Assembly: GCA_044892505.1 (NCBI GenBank)
Contig: CM097883.1
Coordinates: 421,414,001 to 421,478,000 of the forward strand
DNA: 64,000 nt
Direction of reading: 5' to 3'
Origin: Schmidtea nova
Lineage: Eukaryota
The notes beneath the pieces are model-generated. The model was not told the origin of the DNA. It searched no databases and saw only the letters and a list, made by a program, of their open reading frames with translations. Positions 27,956-39,765 of the stretch are shown one piece after another (positions within the stretch are counted from its first letter, which is position 1; the number at the start of each line of letters is the position of its first letter). Both the position numbers and the translations under genes were made by a program.

Positions 27956-29734
27956 GTTTGCTTTGGCGATTAATCCTGTGTTGGAAGCTGTTTTTGTGAT
28001 GCTTTTGCTATTGGAGAATCATCTGTCAAAATTCTCGCGTATGCAGATGACATCGCAATTTTCGCTAAATCTCCTAATGACCTGCAAAAACTCATTAACA
28101 CTGCTGTCACAACTGCAACCAATATAGGCTTTGAATATCGGCCAGAGAAATGTGCTTATCTGCAACTTCCTAGAATTCACATTGACAGTGAAATTTCAAT
28201 CAATGGAGTTAAAATAAAAAACTACTGTCTAATGAATTTTATCAATACCTAGGTGTGCCAGTTGGCGAAGTAACTGTGATGCTTACGACATTCTACTGGA
28301 GGCACTCAAAGACACCAAAAAACTTGCTGATTCGGATTTGCTTGGGTGGCAAAAACTTAAAGCTTACAAAGTATTTATCCATTCTCGCCTGATCTTCCCT
28401 TTTAGAACCCGTGAAATTAAAACTAGTGCACTTTCAAAATCTTATGATAATAAAAATCTTTCAGTTAACATCACTAGCCAGTTAAGGAAAACCTTATGAA
28501 AAATGCTGATTTTGCCTAATCACTCGGAAGTGAGTTATTTCTACAATTCAACTGAAAATGGGGGAGCAAACTGTGTTGATCTTCTCGACGAATATCACAC
28601 ACAGACTATCACACACTTTTTTCGATTAATCACGTCACAGTGTGACTTTGCAAGGAAAATTAATCTTGACTCTTTAGCTTTTGTCACCAGTCCACGTCTT
28701 GGGATAAAAATTCCAACTCTTCAGGAAAGTTTTGAATAGCTCAATGGAAAAGAGTCTCTTTCCCCCCATTCTGGAAAGAAAACTCGATTTCAAAGAGCTA
28801 GGATTGCGATTGCTTTTTTTGAGAAGACGCACGACATCAACATCACGTTTACTATCACCAATAATGTACTATGTCTCTATATTAACACGAACGCACGTGG
28901 TACATGTATCGTAACTCCGGACGAACGAGAGACCACGGCAAAAGTGTTGCACTTAGCGCTCAATGATTCATACTTGGTTAAATGGGAAAAAAGCTGTGTC
29001 TCAAACATTATCGCTTCAGCTGTAAAGCTTTCACCGACAGTAAACAAAGCTATCTATCGCAGTGATTTATCCGAGTTTGCTTGGAACTTTGTCCATAGAG
29101 CACGCACCAACACTCTTTCCACCCTTGCAAAGCCTTATAATAGTGGAGAGAAAAGACTCTGTCGTCGATGTCATGATGAGGATGAAACCTCATCACATGT
29201 ACTTCAATCGTGCAAAGTTCATATGACTTTGGGCTCTGAACACACGATGCTTGCCTTAAACTCATTTCTAATCATCTCCAACTTAATAAAAACCTAATTG
29301 TTGTTGTCAACCATGCCTGTTCACTTGTTCCGAGTTCTAAAGAGCGGGTGGATTTGCTAATAACTGATGTTCTTAGAAAAAGAATCTTCCTTGTTGACCT
29401 TAAATGTCCGAGTGATTCTTTATGTAACTTTGAGCGTGTAAATTTATTGAATTTGGAAAAATACAACTCTCTGAAAATCGATATTCAAGCTGTCAAGCCA
29501 GACTTTAAAGTTGAACTCGATACTTGCATTATAGGCGCTCTTGGCTCTTTTCCTGTAGAAACTCCTCAGATCCTTCAGAAAATTGGCATAAATAAAGGCC
29601 AGGTGGCTGGGTTATTAAAAGAGTGTGCAATTAGTAATATTGCACACTCGGCAAAACGATGGTACTTCCACAAGAATGGTACACTGCCAATTTTCGAAAA
29701 CGAGGAGCAATTCATTCGAATTAACAACAACTAA
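27956..29734 (+). mobile_element. Inverted copy of the 3' half of the same RLE retrotransposon
   Basis: Begins at FALAINPVLEAV and ends at NNN-TAA (29732-29734). Shares two frameshifts and a TGA with the left copy. Has its own ~10-bp deletion and TAG. Confidence 0.95.
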
Positions 29735-29845
29735 ACGAGTCTGAATTCAACCGATGTCGTTCGATCTCGGAAGTTAAGCAGGTTAAGGCCTCGTTAGTAC
29801 TTGGATGGGTGACCGCCTGGGAATACGAGGTGCTGTGAAACTTTT
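29735..29845 (+). rRNA. 5S rRNA gene lacking its first ~12 nt, with internal Pol III promoter region and T4 terminator
   Basis: ACGAGTCTGAATTCAACCGATGTCGTTCGATCTCGGAAGTTAAGCAGGTTAAGGCCTCGTTAGTACTTGGATGGGTGACCGCCTGGGAATACGAGGTGCTGTGAAACTTTT aligns to eukaryotic 5S from about A13. Helix pairings AGUCUG/CAGGUU and CCUCGU/ACGAGG are preserved despite divergence. Confidence 0.92.
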
Positions 29846-30759
29846 CAAACTTCTTTTTTTTTAAAAATTTATTTCCTTTTCTTTTTTTTATTTTTGATAA
29901 CAATTACTTAACTTTGTTAGATATTTATTTAATTTTTTTTTAAATTTAAATTAAAAGTTTGAAATATCATAGCATTGTTTAAATAATCTCTTTTAATTCT
30001 TCTCTTTTCAAAAATGATTGCAACTCAAACTCAAATGCCTAATGGTGAATGTAAATTTGGAGATGAACAATGTGTTCTCTCCTCTCGTGTGGATGAGCTT
30101 GTTAGTTTTGGAGGTTTTTTTTTCTTGATTCACTTTTATTTACCTTTTTTCTTTTCTTTCTTAATTATTTCTTATTTACTACTTCATTTTGTTTATAAAT
30201 TTCTATCTTTGACCTGAAAACATCTTACCCCCTTTTTCTTGACGTTTTGCTCCGGTGAATAAACACTGTTTCCGCGTCCAGGAACAGCGTCTAGCTAATT
30301 ATTATTTTTCCTTTAGCTCGATCAAAAGGAAATTTTAATCTTTAAAGAAAACATCCAGATAATTATTGTACATTTTCGAATACTTGACAAAATCTGGAGA
30401 AACTTACTAAGAACTGAAAATCCTGAATTTAAATCTAAAAAAGAATACCTTTACCACTGACGACAATACAAACAATTTCAAGTGACAATAGAACACCTCA
30501 CTGATTCCGATTGTTCGAAATCAAAGAGAAGTTTATCCAATATTGCAATGCCGGAATCCAAATCCGATGAAGATCATATTCACTGCCAGGGACAATACAG
30601 GCAAATTCGAGTGACAATCGAGTCGAGAAAACCCTGAATATCATCCAATTGATCCAGATATTTCAGACTCTTCTGCCCTGGAATATTGTCAGTATGGGAT
30701 GCTCCATGTTGAGCTATGTCATATTGGAAAATTATCATATTTTATTGAAATAAAATTTT

Positions 30760-30823
<64 letters not shown>

Positions 30824-31142
30824 TAAAGGTGATATAACCCCTTAACGCACATGCCCAAGCGTAACTCGGGTAAGTGTTACTGGCAAATTTGTGCATGCCC
30901 GAGAGTGGCTAGGGTATATGAAATATGAAGTTTTGTTTAAGATTCACTAACGATTATATCTCGGGCAGTGTAATAAATTTATGAAAAAGAAGCCAAATAA
31001 AAGCTGCACCAGACTAAGACGAATATTACAACCAAAGAGTTAACAATGTGTGTGAATGTGAGTAAAGGTACTTGTGATGTACTCACCAGATAGGTACAAT
31101 TTTTTATTTTTTATAATCGGTTGTGTCTGTATAAACTGTTTG

Positions 31143-31810
31143 GATCCCCCTTGTTATATTATTCAAGTTTTGGTTTAAGGTGTAGAAGGGGTCGAGTGGG
31201 GAGTCGATGATTGTTGTATTTTTTTGAGATGGTATTATTTTAAGATTGTAATATTTTAAAAATAATAATAATTTAAAAATTAAAAAAACAATCGATAAAA
31301 CAATTTCTATAGTAAACGAGTTTACTATAGAAATTGAAAACAGACAAAAACAGGAAATTGATTAAAAATTAAAAATGAAATTATGTTATGAAATGCCAAA
31401 AAGAAAAGCCAAATTTGATCTTTAAGGATATCCTAAGAAAATAGATAAAGAAAGACTAAAGAAAATTCTAAGGACCCTATTATCCAGTTGTAAAATGTCG
31501 AGACAGTCAAATAAAATATCGTCGAATCTGTGAGTAGACTTATTGAAGTTTTAAATCATAATAAAATTTGCTATCAGTTATACTTGTTGTTAATAGTTGA
31601 AATTGTTATTCCGCCTTTAAACATAAGCAACCGCGCACTTACACAACAAGCACCCTAGTTGTCCCGACACACTTTTACAGGTGACTCGGCTGGGCTCAAC
31701 AAATATTTTACACAACCCATTATATCTCTACATAAACATAATTTAAAACATACTTTCATTCTCAAAATAAATACTAATATATAAAAAAAACATTTTATCA
31801 CAACATAACA
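31143..31810 (-). repeat. Hairpin repeat family, copy C (hairpin at 31653-31695, C-run at 31146-31150)
   Basis: The reverse complement GAGCCCAGCCGAGTC...GGGACAACTAGGG is followed by a GT-rich stretch and later by AAGGGGGATCC. More diverged than the other copies. Confidence 0.55.
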
Positions 31811-31939
31811 GTACTGATCATACATTACTCAGTGAAAGTGACATAAGAAAATAATTCTTTTACTTTCGTGTTACGTTTTTAAATGCTCAAATGCAAAGTC
31901 GACGCCAGTGGTGCTGCCAAGAGAACAGAAAACAAGGGG

Positions 31940-32370
31940 CGCTCATGTTGACTGTGTTTTGGGACACTAATGATATTATTCTGACTCATTTTAATGAATT
32001 TGGATTCATACTAACATCTTGTTCTGCTTCATACTTTTTAAGAAACAAGGAAGCTCCGAAGGAAAAGTAAGGTCTATGGGGTCTGTTTCTTACATGATAA
32101 CGCTTCCATTCACATAAGTGCAATTTCAATGGGAACAACTGAGAGTTGTTGACTTAACGTGCTTCTCCATTCCGCAATTTACAGTCCGCAATTAACTCGA
32201 TGACCTTAAGAAATTGCTACGACGCTAGGAAATCGCCAGAAAAACAATTTGAATGACAGTGTCTCATTTAATGATCGAGAAAGCTCATAATTTCTTCGAA
32301 ATCACCTTACGAAACCTAGTTACACCCTGGTAAAAATGTGAAGATGCGAATAGAAATTATCTTGAGAAAT
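31940..32370 (+). mobile_element. Decayed mariner transposase fragment
   Basis: LMLTVFWDTNDIILTHF, FLHDNASIH, YSPQL and LVTPW*KCEDANRNYLEK correspond, in order, to the mariner motifs VFWD, HDNA.H, YSPDL and RW.KC...G.Y.E. Confidence 0.8.
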
Positions 32371-33960
32371 CACCCTAGATAACTGCTTATTGTAAATACG
32401 ATACATATTTCCTTTTGATTATGTATTTCAATACGAAATTTCGATACTTAATTTCGATACTTAATTTCGATACTTAATTTTCGCACCAGAAGGTTGGGTT
32501 TGTCTTCGTTGCCAGATATAGTCTAATAATAATGCTGAACTGTTTAAGCACTGTGAGAAACTGAGTTAAATAATGAAAAAGGTTCTGTGCGCTCAAGGTT
32601 ACTCTAGTTACAAAATTCCAATAGGTTAATCCAAAGTGAAATATATAATGTGGGTCGGCTTGCCGAAAAAGGCTTGTTTTGAGTTGCGCTTATATAATTA
32701 ATTATTTATATTTAAAATATGAAATTAAACTTACCTGGAAGTTGAAATTTAATCTTAGTTCTTCAGACGAACGTTCCATACTATATTATGTCTAGCATAA
32801 ATATCACTAAGATTCTAAGTTGTCATTGACGTCTCTTATAAAAGGAGATTATGTATGTGTGAAGGTTTGTTAATCATACTATGAATTTAATACAACTCTG
32901 GCTTCTGCTGATTCACCGTCTCAAATGTCTATTTATTCGGTTGACGGCGCAAATTCGATGTTTAGGCTAGCAGACGTGGTGTTGCCAGATTAGCATGGTG
33001 TTCACTGAACTGGTAATCAATGTACGACCCGAATGTGTAAACTTAAATAGGGATGAAAACTGGGTATGCCATGTGGACGCCTTCAAGCTTTATGATGCAA
33101 TTAACATGGCGGGAATCTCTATTACTTGTGAAAAGTAGCCAATCACTGCCCAGCCATTACACCACGATGTTCTTGTGTCGCATTGGCTATTATAATATAA
33201 TTTAATCATAAGCCTCAGTTTGCTGTTATAGCTCGACCATATTTATTGCGAAAACACGACAACCAATAAACAATACATCAAGTGTATTTTGTTGGGCCAA
33301 AACGCAATTTGTTTTAATAAAACGATAACCCCATAGGTAGAGAACGCGCAAGATTCCATTTTAGCCTTAGCTGCCATTAAAAATCTAACAATTAAGCGGA
33401 AAACATCAAAAGGTGAAGTGGAATCAAAACACATCAACCGGTAGAGTACGCGCTAACTGCGAATTTATGAATATTTTCACTGAAATCTCGAGAAAAATTA
33501 AAAGCAGAATGTTTGGAAGCTAGAATAGGCAAAAAAACCCATGGAAAGTGCCCATAAAGAACAGAATTTTGTCATAAAATCTTCAGTGCAGAAAAATTAA
33601 CAAAATTATTAGAAGAAAATTGTGAATTTATCACAAAATTCCACATATAACAATAGAAAGAATTAATATGGATCGAATATCATAAATTAAATCAAATCGA
33701 ACAAATTTCGATTCAAACATAGAAATTTGGAATAAAAATAAATTATTTATAGTTTATAAAAAATTATTATACAGAAATATGGAATTAATTTTCGGAAAAT
33801 CATTAGAATTAATTTAGAAAAAATTAAGAGAAAATTCTAGAACAATTTGTTTTATTGCACTACCGGAGATAGAGAAAATTTGATGGTATATATACCGCCA
33901 TCAAAATGGCAGATTTCAGAATTTGTGGAAAATTTTTGACTTCTAAGAATTAAATTTTTA

Positions 33961-34095
33961 GAGAATTTTGTGAAAAACTTTTGTATTGAAGAATTTAAAG
34001 AACCTCGGACAACCTTCAGAAAATTTTTAGAGAATTCTGTGAAAAACTCTTGTATTAAAGAATTTAAAGAACCTCGGACAACCCTCAGAAATTTT
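33961..34095 (+). repeat. Tandem duplication, ~69 bp x2
   Basis: GAGAATT(T/C)TGTGAAAAACT...GAATTTAAAGAACCTCGGACAACC(T/C)TCAGAAA occurs twice. Confidence 0.85.
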
Positions 34096-37000
34096 TAAAA
34101 TTTGAGAAGATTTTCGGAAACATCTCAAGAATCCTATCGAACAATTAGAATTTGAGCTTGGAATGTAAGGGTTATTTTGTTTTACTTTTATATTAGCTCG
34201 TTCGAGGGGTATGGGATCGTCGCTCATCATGCCTGACGACCATCCCATTCCTCGCGTTCTTATTTTTTAAAATGTATTTATTTTTTTTGTTATTTTATTT
34301 AATGCTCATATTTTATTATAATTTTATTTAAATATTAAATTTATTCAGTTTAATTTTGAATTTTTGTTATACTCACAAATTCCCAGAATACTAAAAATTT
34401 TCAACAAAAAATTATCTGAATAAAATTACAAAAATAAATAATTTTTTTTTCCCATATCTTCTGACGATCCGTCCAGCCTTAGTTGTGCGGATCTGTTAGT
34501 AGCCTGGGTGGATCGTTGTCTGATTGGTAATCGGCCAGCCCATATTTCCACTTTAAGGTGAGGCTCATACATCCAAATTCTCGTCATCCCAACTGGGGAA
34601 TCGTGGTTTGGCCAAGAGCAAGGTTTTGTTATACTAATGATTTTTATTATAATAGAGTATCATATTTTTATTATCTACATAAGCAATTTCGTAATATAAC
34701 ATAACATTTCTAATTCATGACTTGAAATCTAAAATAGGAAATATTACTAATTAAAGAATCGACTCGTACTCACCTTCACCTTCACGCTCTCAACAACGTT
34801 CATCTCATGAAAAAATGCAAGAAAAATGGATGCTAATGATGAAAAGAAAATTGTTCGAAATAATGCTCAAGTCTAGAATAATGCTCACGAAGTGAAATGA
34901 ATTATGAAACAAGTATTGATTTAATCTGAATTAAAACTCATTATGGTCTAAATAAGTTTTCCTGTGAATCTTGTTTTTCGAGAGCCTGAAATTCCTAAGT
35001 GAAGTGTCCCGAAAAAGTCGAGTACACTTTGATTAGGAAATTCATGCTCAACAAAACCGAAATTTATTTCACTTGAGGTTAAAAATATTCGTTGAAAATT
35101 TATAACTTAATTTTAGTTTATTTTTTATTCAGCATATAAAAACTCTTTAGATTAAATGCATATTTAGATCTCGAAATTCATGGATAAAATATTTTTATTA
35201 TTATTTCATTTTTGATCAAGAATAAAAATTTGCTTTTTTTATTGTACTGCAAAAATTTTAAAATGAAAAAAAATTGCTTTTTATTATGCTGAAAAGATTT
35301 TATAATGAAAAATTGTAGACCAAAAATTTTCCTAATATTGTTAATATATAAAATATTTTATCAGTTCATAAAATTCCCGAGAATTTGAAAATCAAAAATT
35401 GTACTAAACTCCATAAAAATTATAAATTGAAATTTTAGTATTAATAAATTTTTATCTTTTTGTAAAAATTTGGATTCGGAATTTTATAAAAAAGGAAAAT
35501 TTAAGATTAATATAGTTATCTCTTAAAATATAAAAATTTAATTTCACAAACCTATATTATCAAAATTATAAATTTTATCATCATTTAATAAAATTGGAAC
35601 ATTAGAAATCCAAAAAAGTAATATAAAAATTAGTATTATTATTTTAATGATTATTATGATTTTAATTTAAAAATATTTTATATAGTGTATTTAAATTATA
35701 ATATAACCCCCCACGATATCTTAAAATAATGATACATCACTCATTGCAAAAATTTACACCCTTTCACTCAATAGCATCATCCATACTAATACACAAGCAT
35801 CATCCATATAAAATACAATAGACACCCCTACACCGTATCATTCAATAACATTCAACAATCACATACACACCAACCAACCATACCAAAAATTCCACACAGA
35901 CATGCTAGTTAGAATTGTACGTCCAACCACACTCACAAGCACTCAATTGTTTTAAATCACTCATCACACAATCACACACAAACACAACAGTAACAATAGA
36001 ACACACAGTCATTATACTACACCTCATCCAACTACCACGACATACAAACTGACAACCCCTACATCTTCATCAGACATCATCACCATTCATCTCAAAATCA
36101 TCTTAAAAAAAAAAAATTCCACACTTATCTCCACAAATTCACCAAATTGAACCTTGCAGATAAGCTCCATCCATACCTAACCCCATCCTTCATGCAACAT
36201 GGTGCATCTAGGGGAGGTAATTCAGAATGTTATTTAATTATCAACTCAAGCCAGCAAATTATTAACATTCTATAAATGAACCTAATAAGCCTATAGACAA
36301 ATCATCATGGTTTATAAAACTTCCGTCAAACCCATTCGTCAACATCTCATACTCAAAACTAACATTATGGTGAACCCTGTCCAGGAAAAGTTCCTGGATA
36401 AATAAATAAATATATTAAACTTTATATATGAATTTTATTCTTTATCAACAAATAGCCATCCTCTGGATTAATTTGCATGTATAGGAACAAATCGTAAAAA
36501 GAAAACATGTAGCTTATAGCGTCCATCCCAACTATACTGGCTATTTCGATGGGGTTTACCATCACCTGAAGGAAGCGGGTGTCAAAACTACTGTGCTTGG
36601 TTTCCGTTTAAATATCTGTTAAATCGCTATTATCATTTAATAAAGAAAATTCATACGGAAATAATAGTTTCTATTATATACAAAGTTTCCAAAACAAAAA
36701 TACATCACAATCAATAGTCACAGAGTAATCCATTTATTCCAAAATCCAGATAAGAGTCCTGCACGAGAGGACATGCTTGATTTTGTTGGTCACAAGGATA
36801 ATGACCTTCTTTCTATAGTTGAGGGCATAGAGAAGCAAGATTTACTGCAGCCATTTGCGACAGAAACGCAATAATGAGAAAAATGTTGAGAGAGATTCGA
36901 TTTGTTTTTTTTTCTTTGACGAATTGACATGATTGATGATTTCATTTCCGTTGATCGTATGATTTGAGATTTTCTCTGATAGTGTTTGGGCTATTAGGAA

Positions 37001-37741
37001 TGATCATGTAAGTTAGAAAAAGAAAAAGAAAAATGAAAATTTACCTCTATTTCCAGCTTGAAACGGGAACTTCTGTAACTACAATTAAAACCAAATCAAT
37101 AAATTTAGCTATGATATAATACTTACTATAATAAAATTTAGCCAATAGGATTTTCGAATTTTTTGCAAGACGTGCATATAGTTTCTCTTTTTTTTGGGGG
37201 AACGGCGTCGTTTTCAGGAGTATCTTGACTCGAGTCGATTTTCCTAAAATAAAATTAAATTTAGAATTAAAAAATATAGAAAATATTCGGAACTAAAAGA
37301 CCTTAATAAAATCAAATTTACCTAATATTAATGTAGTTTAGATTGATTCCGTTGTCAATGCCTCGGGGGGAATTTGAATATAAATTTATTGAAAAAGATT
37401 TAAAATACAATTTATAAAATTTCTATAAAAATAACAAGATAGACATTAGGTATAAGGGATAAATAGAGTTCAATTACCATTTCTGAGACAAAATTATACA
37501 AATTTGAAAAGCCTAGTTAAAATCAATAAAATCCAATACCGTGAATAGATGTGTTAATAAAATGGGTTTCCTTTTCGATTTCCCGGATTGAGATTTGATA
37601 GACACATCCGTGGAAAAAAACTCGCGATCAAATATGTGAGAACTCCTTAAATGAATGAACTAATTGATTTTTTGTGTATGATGATAATTTAGTAAATATT
37701 ATACGATAACCAAGGTCTTAAATGTTCGAACATTTCTAGCA

Positions 37742-38314
37742 ATGAACCCAATGCAACAACTTGAAGAGATCCGGGCGTTATTGCTAGAAAACGCCAAGCA
37801 CAACAAAAGGGTCGATGCACGGTTGGCCGAACTGGAAGCCAAGGGCGCATCCAACGTAGATGCCCTCCAGATAATGACCGGCCGCATGGAAAAATTCCGG
37901 GCCCGCTGTCGCGAGATGGAGGCGACATGGTCCGATGGGGAAACAGTGGAGAAGCTCAAGAAGCAAAACCAGATGCTGCTCCAGCAGGCAGCCGAGGACG
38001 CCATGCGATTGCGAGCATGTCGAGTTTCCATGCGGGAGCAGGAGCTCACCAATCAGAAGCTACAGGTAGATAGCGGTCTTATAACGGCCATTCTGCCAAA
38101 GCCTCAATTCCCACCTCACGAGCTGTTCCTGGTGAGGGTGGAAGAAGAGATAGCAGCAGCCGCGGCTCCAGTCAAACCAAAGCGATGGAGGCCCAGTAAA
38201 GGGGCAAGGGCCCGAAACAAGCGCCGGCAAGAAGCGCGAGTTTTGGGACAATTGAGGGTCGAGGCCTCAAAAATTGGTAGTCTATCGATCGACCTGACGC
38301 AGGCACCCTTTTGA
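37742..38314 (+). CDS. Intact 190-aa intronless GC-rich ORF; coiled-coil-like N-half, basic C-terminal patch; unknown product
   Basis: ATG to TGA, visibly much higher in GC than the flanks, with heptad-like L/E/K/Q composition and KPKRWRPSKGARARNKRRQ. Confidence 0.65.
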   Translation: MNPMQQLEEIRALLLENAKHNKRVDARLAELEAKGASNVDALQIMTGRMEKFRARCREMEATWSDGETVEKLKKQNQMLLQQAAEDAMRLRACRVSMREQELTNQKLQVDSGLITAILPKPQFPPHELFLVRVEEEIAAAAAPVKPKRWRPSKGARARNKRRQEARVLGQLRVEASKIGSLSIDLTQAPF

Positions 38315-39388
38315 ACACTTCACATTTTTTGTTTATTGTGATTTTAGTAACAAATGTTATTATTTTATTATGAAATTATAAGTTTGTAATTGTTTTTTTT
38401 TTGTGTTTGATTGCATGGAGATAAAAGTAAATATAAAGATATTTGAATTAGTGTTAAACAAACCACCGTCGGCGAAAATACTCAAATAAAAATCTCGTAA
38501 TGAACATATACAGTGATAGAACAGATAAATTAAGGGGGACAAAAATGGGCAAGAAACCTTCTATCGGTAGCCCTTGGACCCAGGAGATATTCGGTCAATC
38601 ATAGTTTCGTATTGACGACGCTCACTGATTGCGAATACCCACCCACTTGTTACAGTACCAACGTTACATAGTGACGGGTAACAAGATGGTAATTTCAATA
38701 TTTTATGTGTTGGGTTGTTGATGAGAGCCATAGTAACGTCGAGGTCATATTGACGGTCAACAACCCACCAATTTGCATTTCATTTTGACATAAATAATCA
38801 CATCAAATTATTATATGTTTACAGAATTTATATTTTGTTCTCAAATTCGAGTAGTGCTGAACTTGGTAATTATTCTGAATTCCTGATTTTGAGCTATCCA
38901 TGCCAGATGGACAGCTGTTTATGAATGTTACCGATTAATCGACCAAGTTCTAAATTTAATTTAGTCAAATTGCTATATGAATTTTTTACTTAAATGACTG
39001 TATTACAGGCTCAATTTATTTATCAAAACAAATAGAATTTAATGTTTTAATTTTCAATTCAGTAACACTTGTGTCAAATAATAATGGAAAATCATAAAAA
39101 ATTCAATCGAGAAAAATATTTCAATCTAATTTAGTTTAATTTTATAGTAACAATTTAAATTTTAATTAAAATATGTTTTTATTTATTTAAGGTATATTAA
39201 ATAAATTATTTAAATATTTATGCTAATTACTAATATAACTGTTAACAATCTTAAGTTTATTCATATTTTGTTTAACTTTCTGTAAAACTTTCTAATTACA
39301 TTTTTAATGTTTTTAAATTTAAATCTATCTCAAGTAAAATAAATTTTAAATTAAAATTTTAAATGTATTATCTAAAATATTTCTTTAG

Positions 39389-39765
39389 TATCCTAGCAAA
39401 GATGTGATTAAAAATGAACTGCAACAGCTTATGGGAGTTTATCCGAATCTTAACACAAAAATGGAAGAATTAGGTTAGTTAAAAATTAAGCTACCAATCA
39501 ATTCTCGTAATCGATAACATGGAAATCCATTGTAGATATTCAAAATGGAACAAATAAAAATCTGATCACCCTTAGTGGGACAATTAAAATCACTTATCAA
39601 AATAACAATTATAACATTCCGATTTCTATTTATTTACCAGATTTGTATCCATTAAAACCTCCAATAGTTTTTGTGCGTCCGACAAATGAAATGGAAATCA
39701 AAATAAGTGAAATTGTAAACGACAAAGGAGAAATAAACATTCCATATTTGTCCAATTGGAATCAT
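39389..39765 (+). CDS. TSG101: TSG101/Vps23 UEV domain; exons 39389-39473 and 39536-39765, with a 62-nt GT-AG intron
   Basis: Spliced translation YPSKDVIKNELQQLMGVYPNLNTKMEELDIQNGTNKNLITLSGTIKITYQNNNYNIPISIYLPDLYPLKPPIVFVRPTNEMEIKISEIVNDKGEINIPYLSNWNH matches the TSG101 UEV signature GTI..Y....YNIPI...L...YP..PP..FV.PT......V...G.I..PYL..W.H. First and later exons were not identified. Confidence 0.88.

Larger units (their letters stand above)
23631..30767. repeat. Large inverted duplication: arms 23631-26440 and 27956-30767, 1.5-kb unique spacer, (TA)n outside both arms
   Basis: Mirror ORFs (e.g. 24651..25037 - vs 29348..29734 +; 24180..24374 - vs 30014..30217 +) with scattered substitutions and indels. 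Confidence 0.95.

Noticed and set aside
29723-29845. Complete functional 5S gene or 5S tandem array
   Set aside because: The 12 nt upstream cannot complete helix I with GCUGUGAAAC, and no further 5S unit occurs downstream.
23631-30767. Head-to-head double target-primed insertion into a self-complementary (TA)n target
   Set aside because: Both arms share the same frameshifts and stop, and the non-element flank is mirrored too, which fits DNA-level duplication or artefact better.
32948-32998. U6 snRNA-like words (CGCAAATTCG, AGATTAGCATGG)
   Set aside because: They are in the wrong order and there is no ACAGAGA box; probably chance.
22143-34095. Short tandem repeats (~58, ~150 and ~69 bp units) as CRISPR-like arrays
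   Set aside because: Contiguous units without unique spacers, no cas genes, and a eukaryotic context.
36480-37480. Scattered exon-like segments (e.g. HPNYTGYFDGVYHHLKEAG at ~36520-36580; also 61900-62500)
   Set aside because: They could not be assembled into a consistent gene or assigned to a family.
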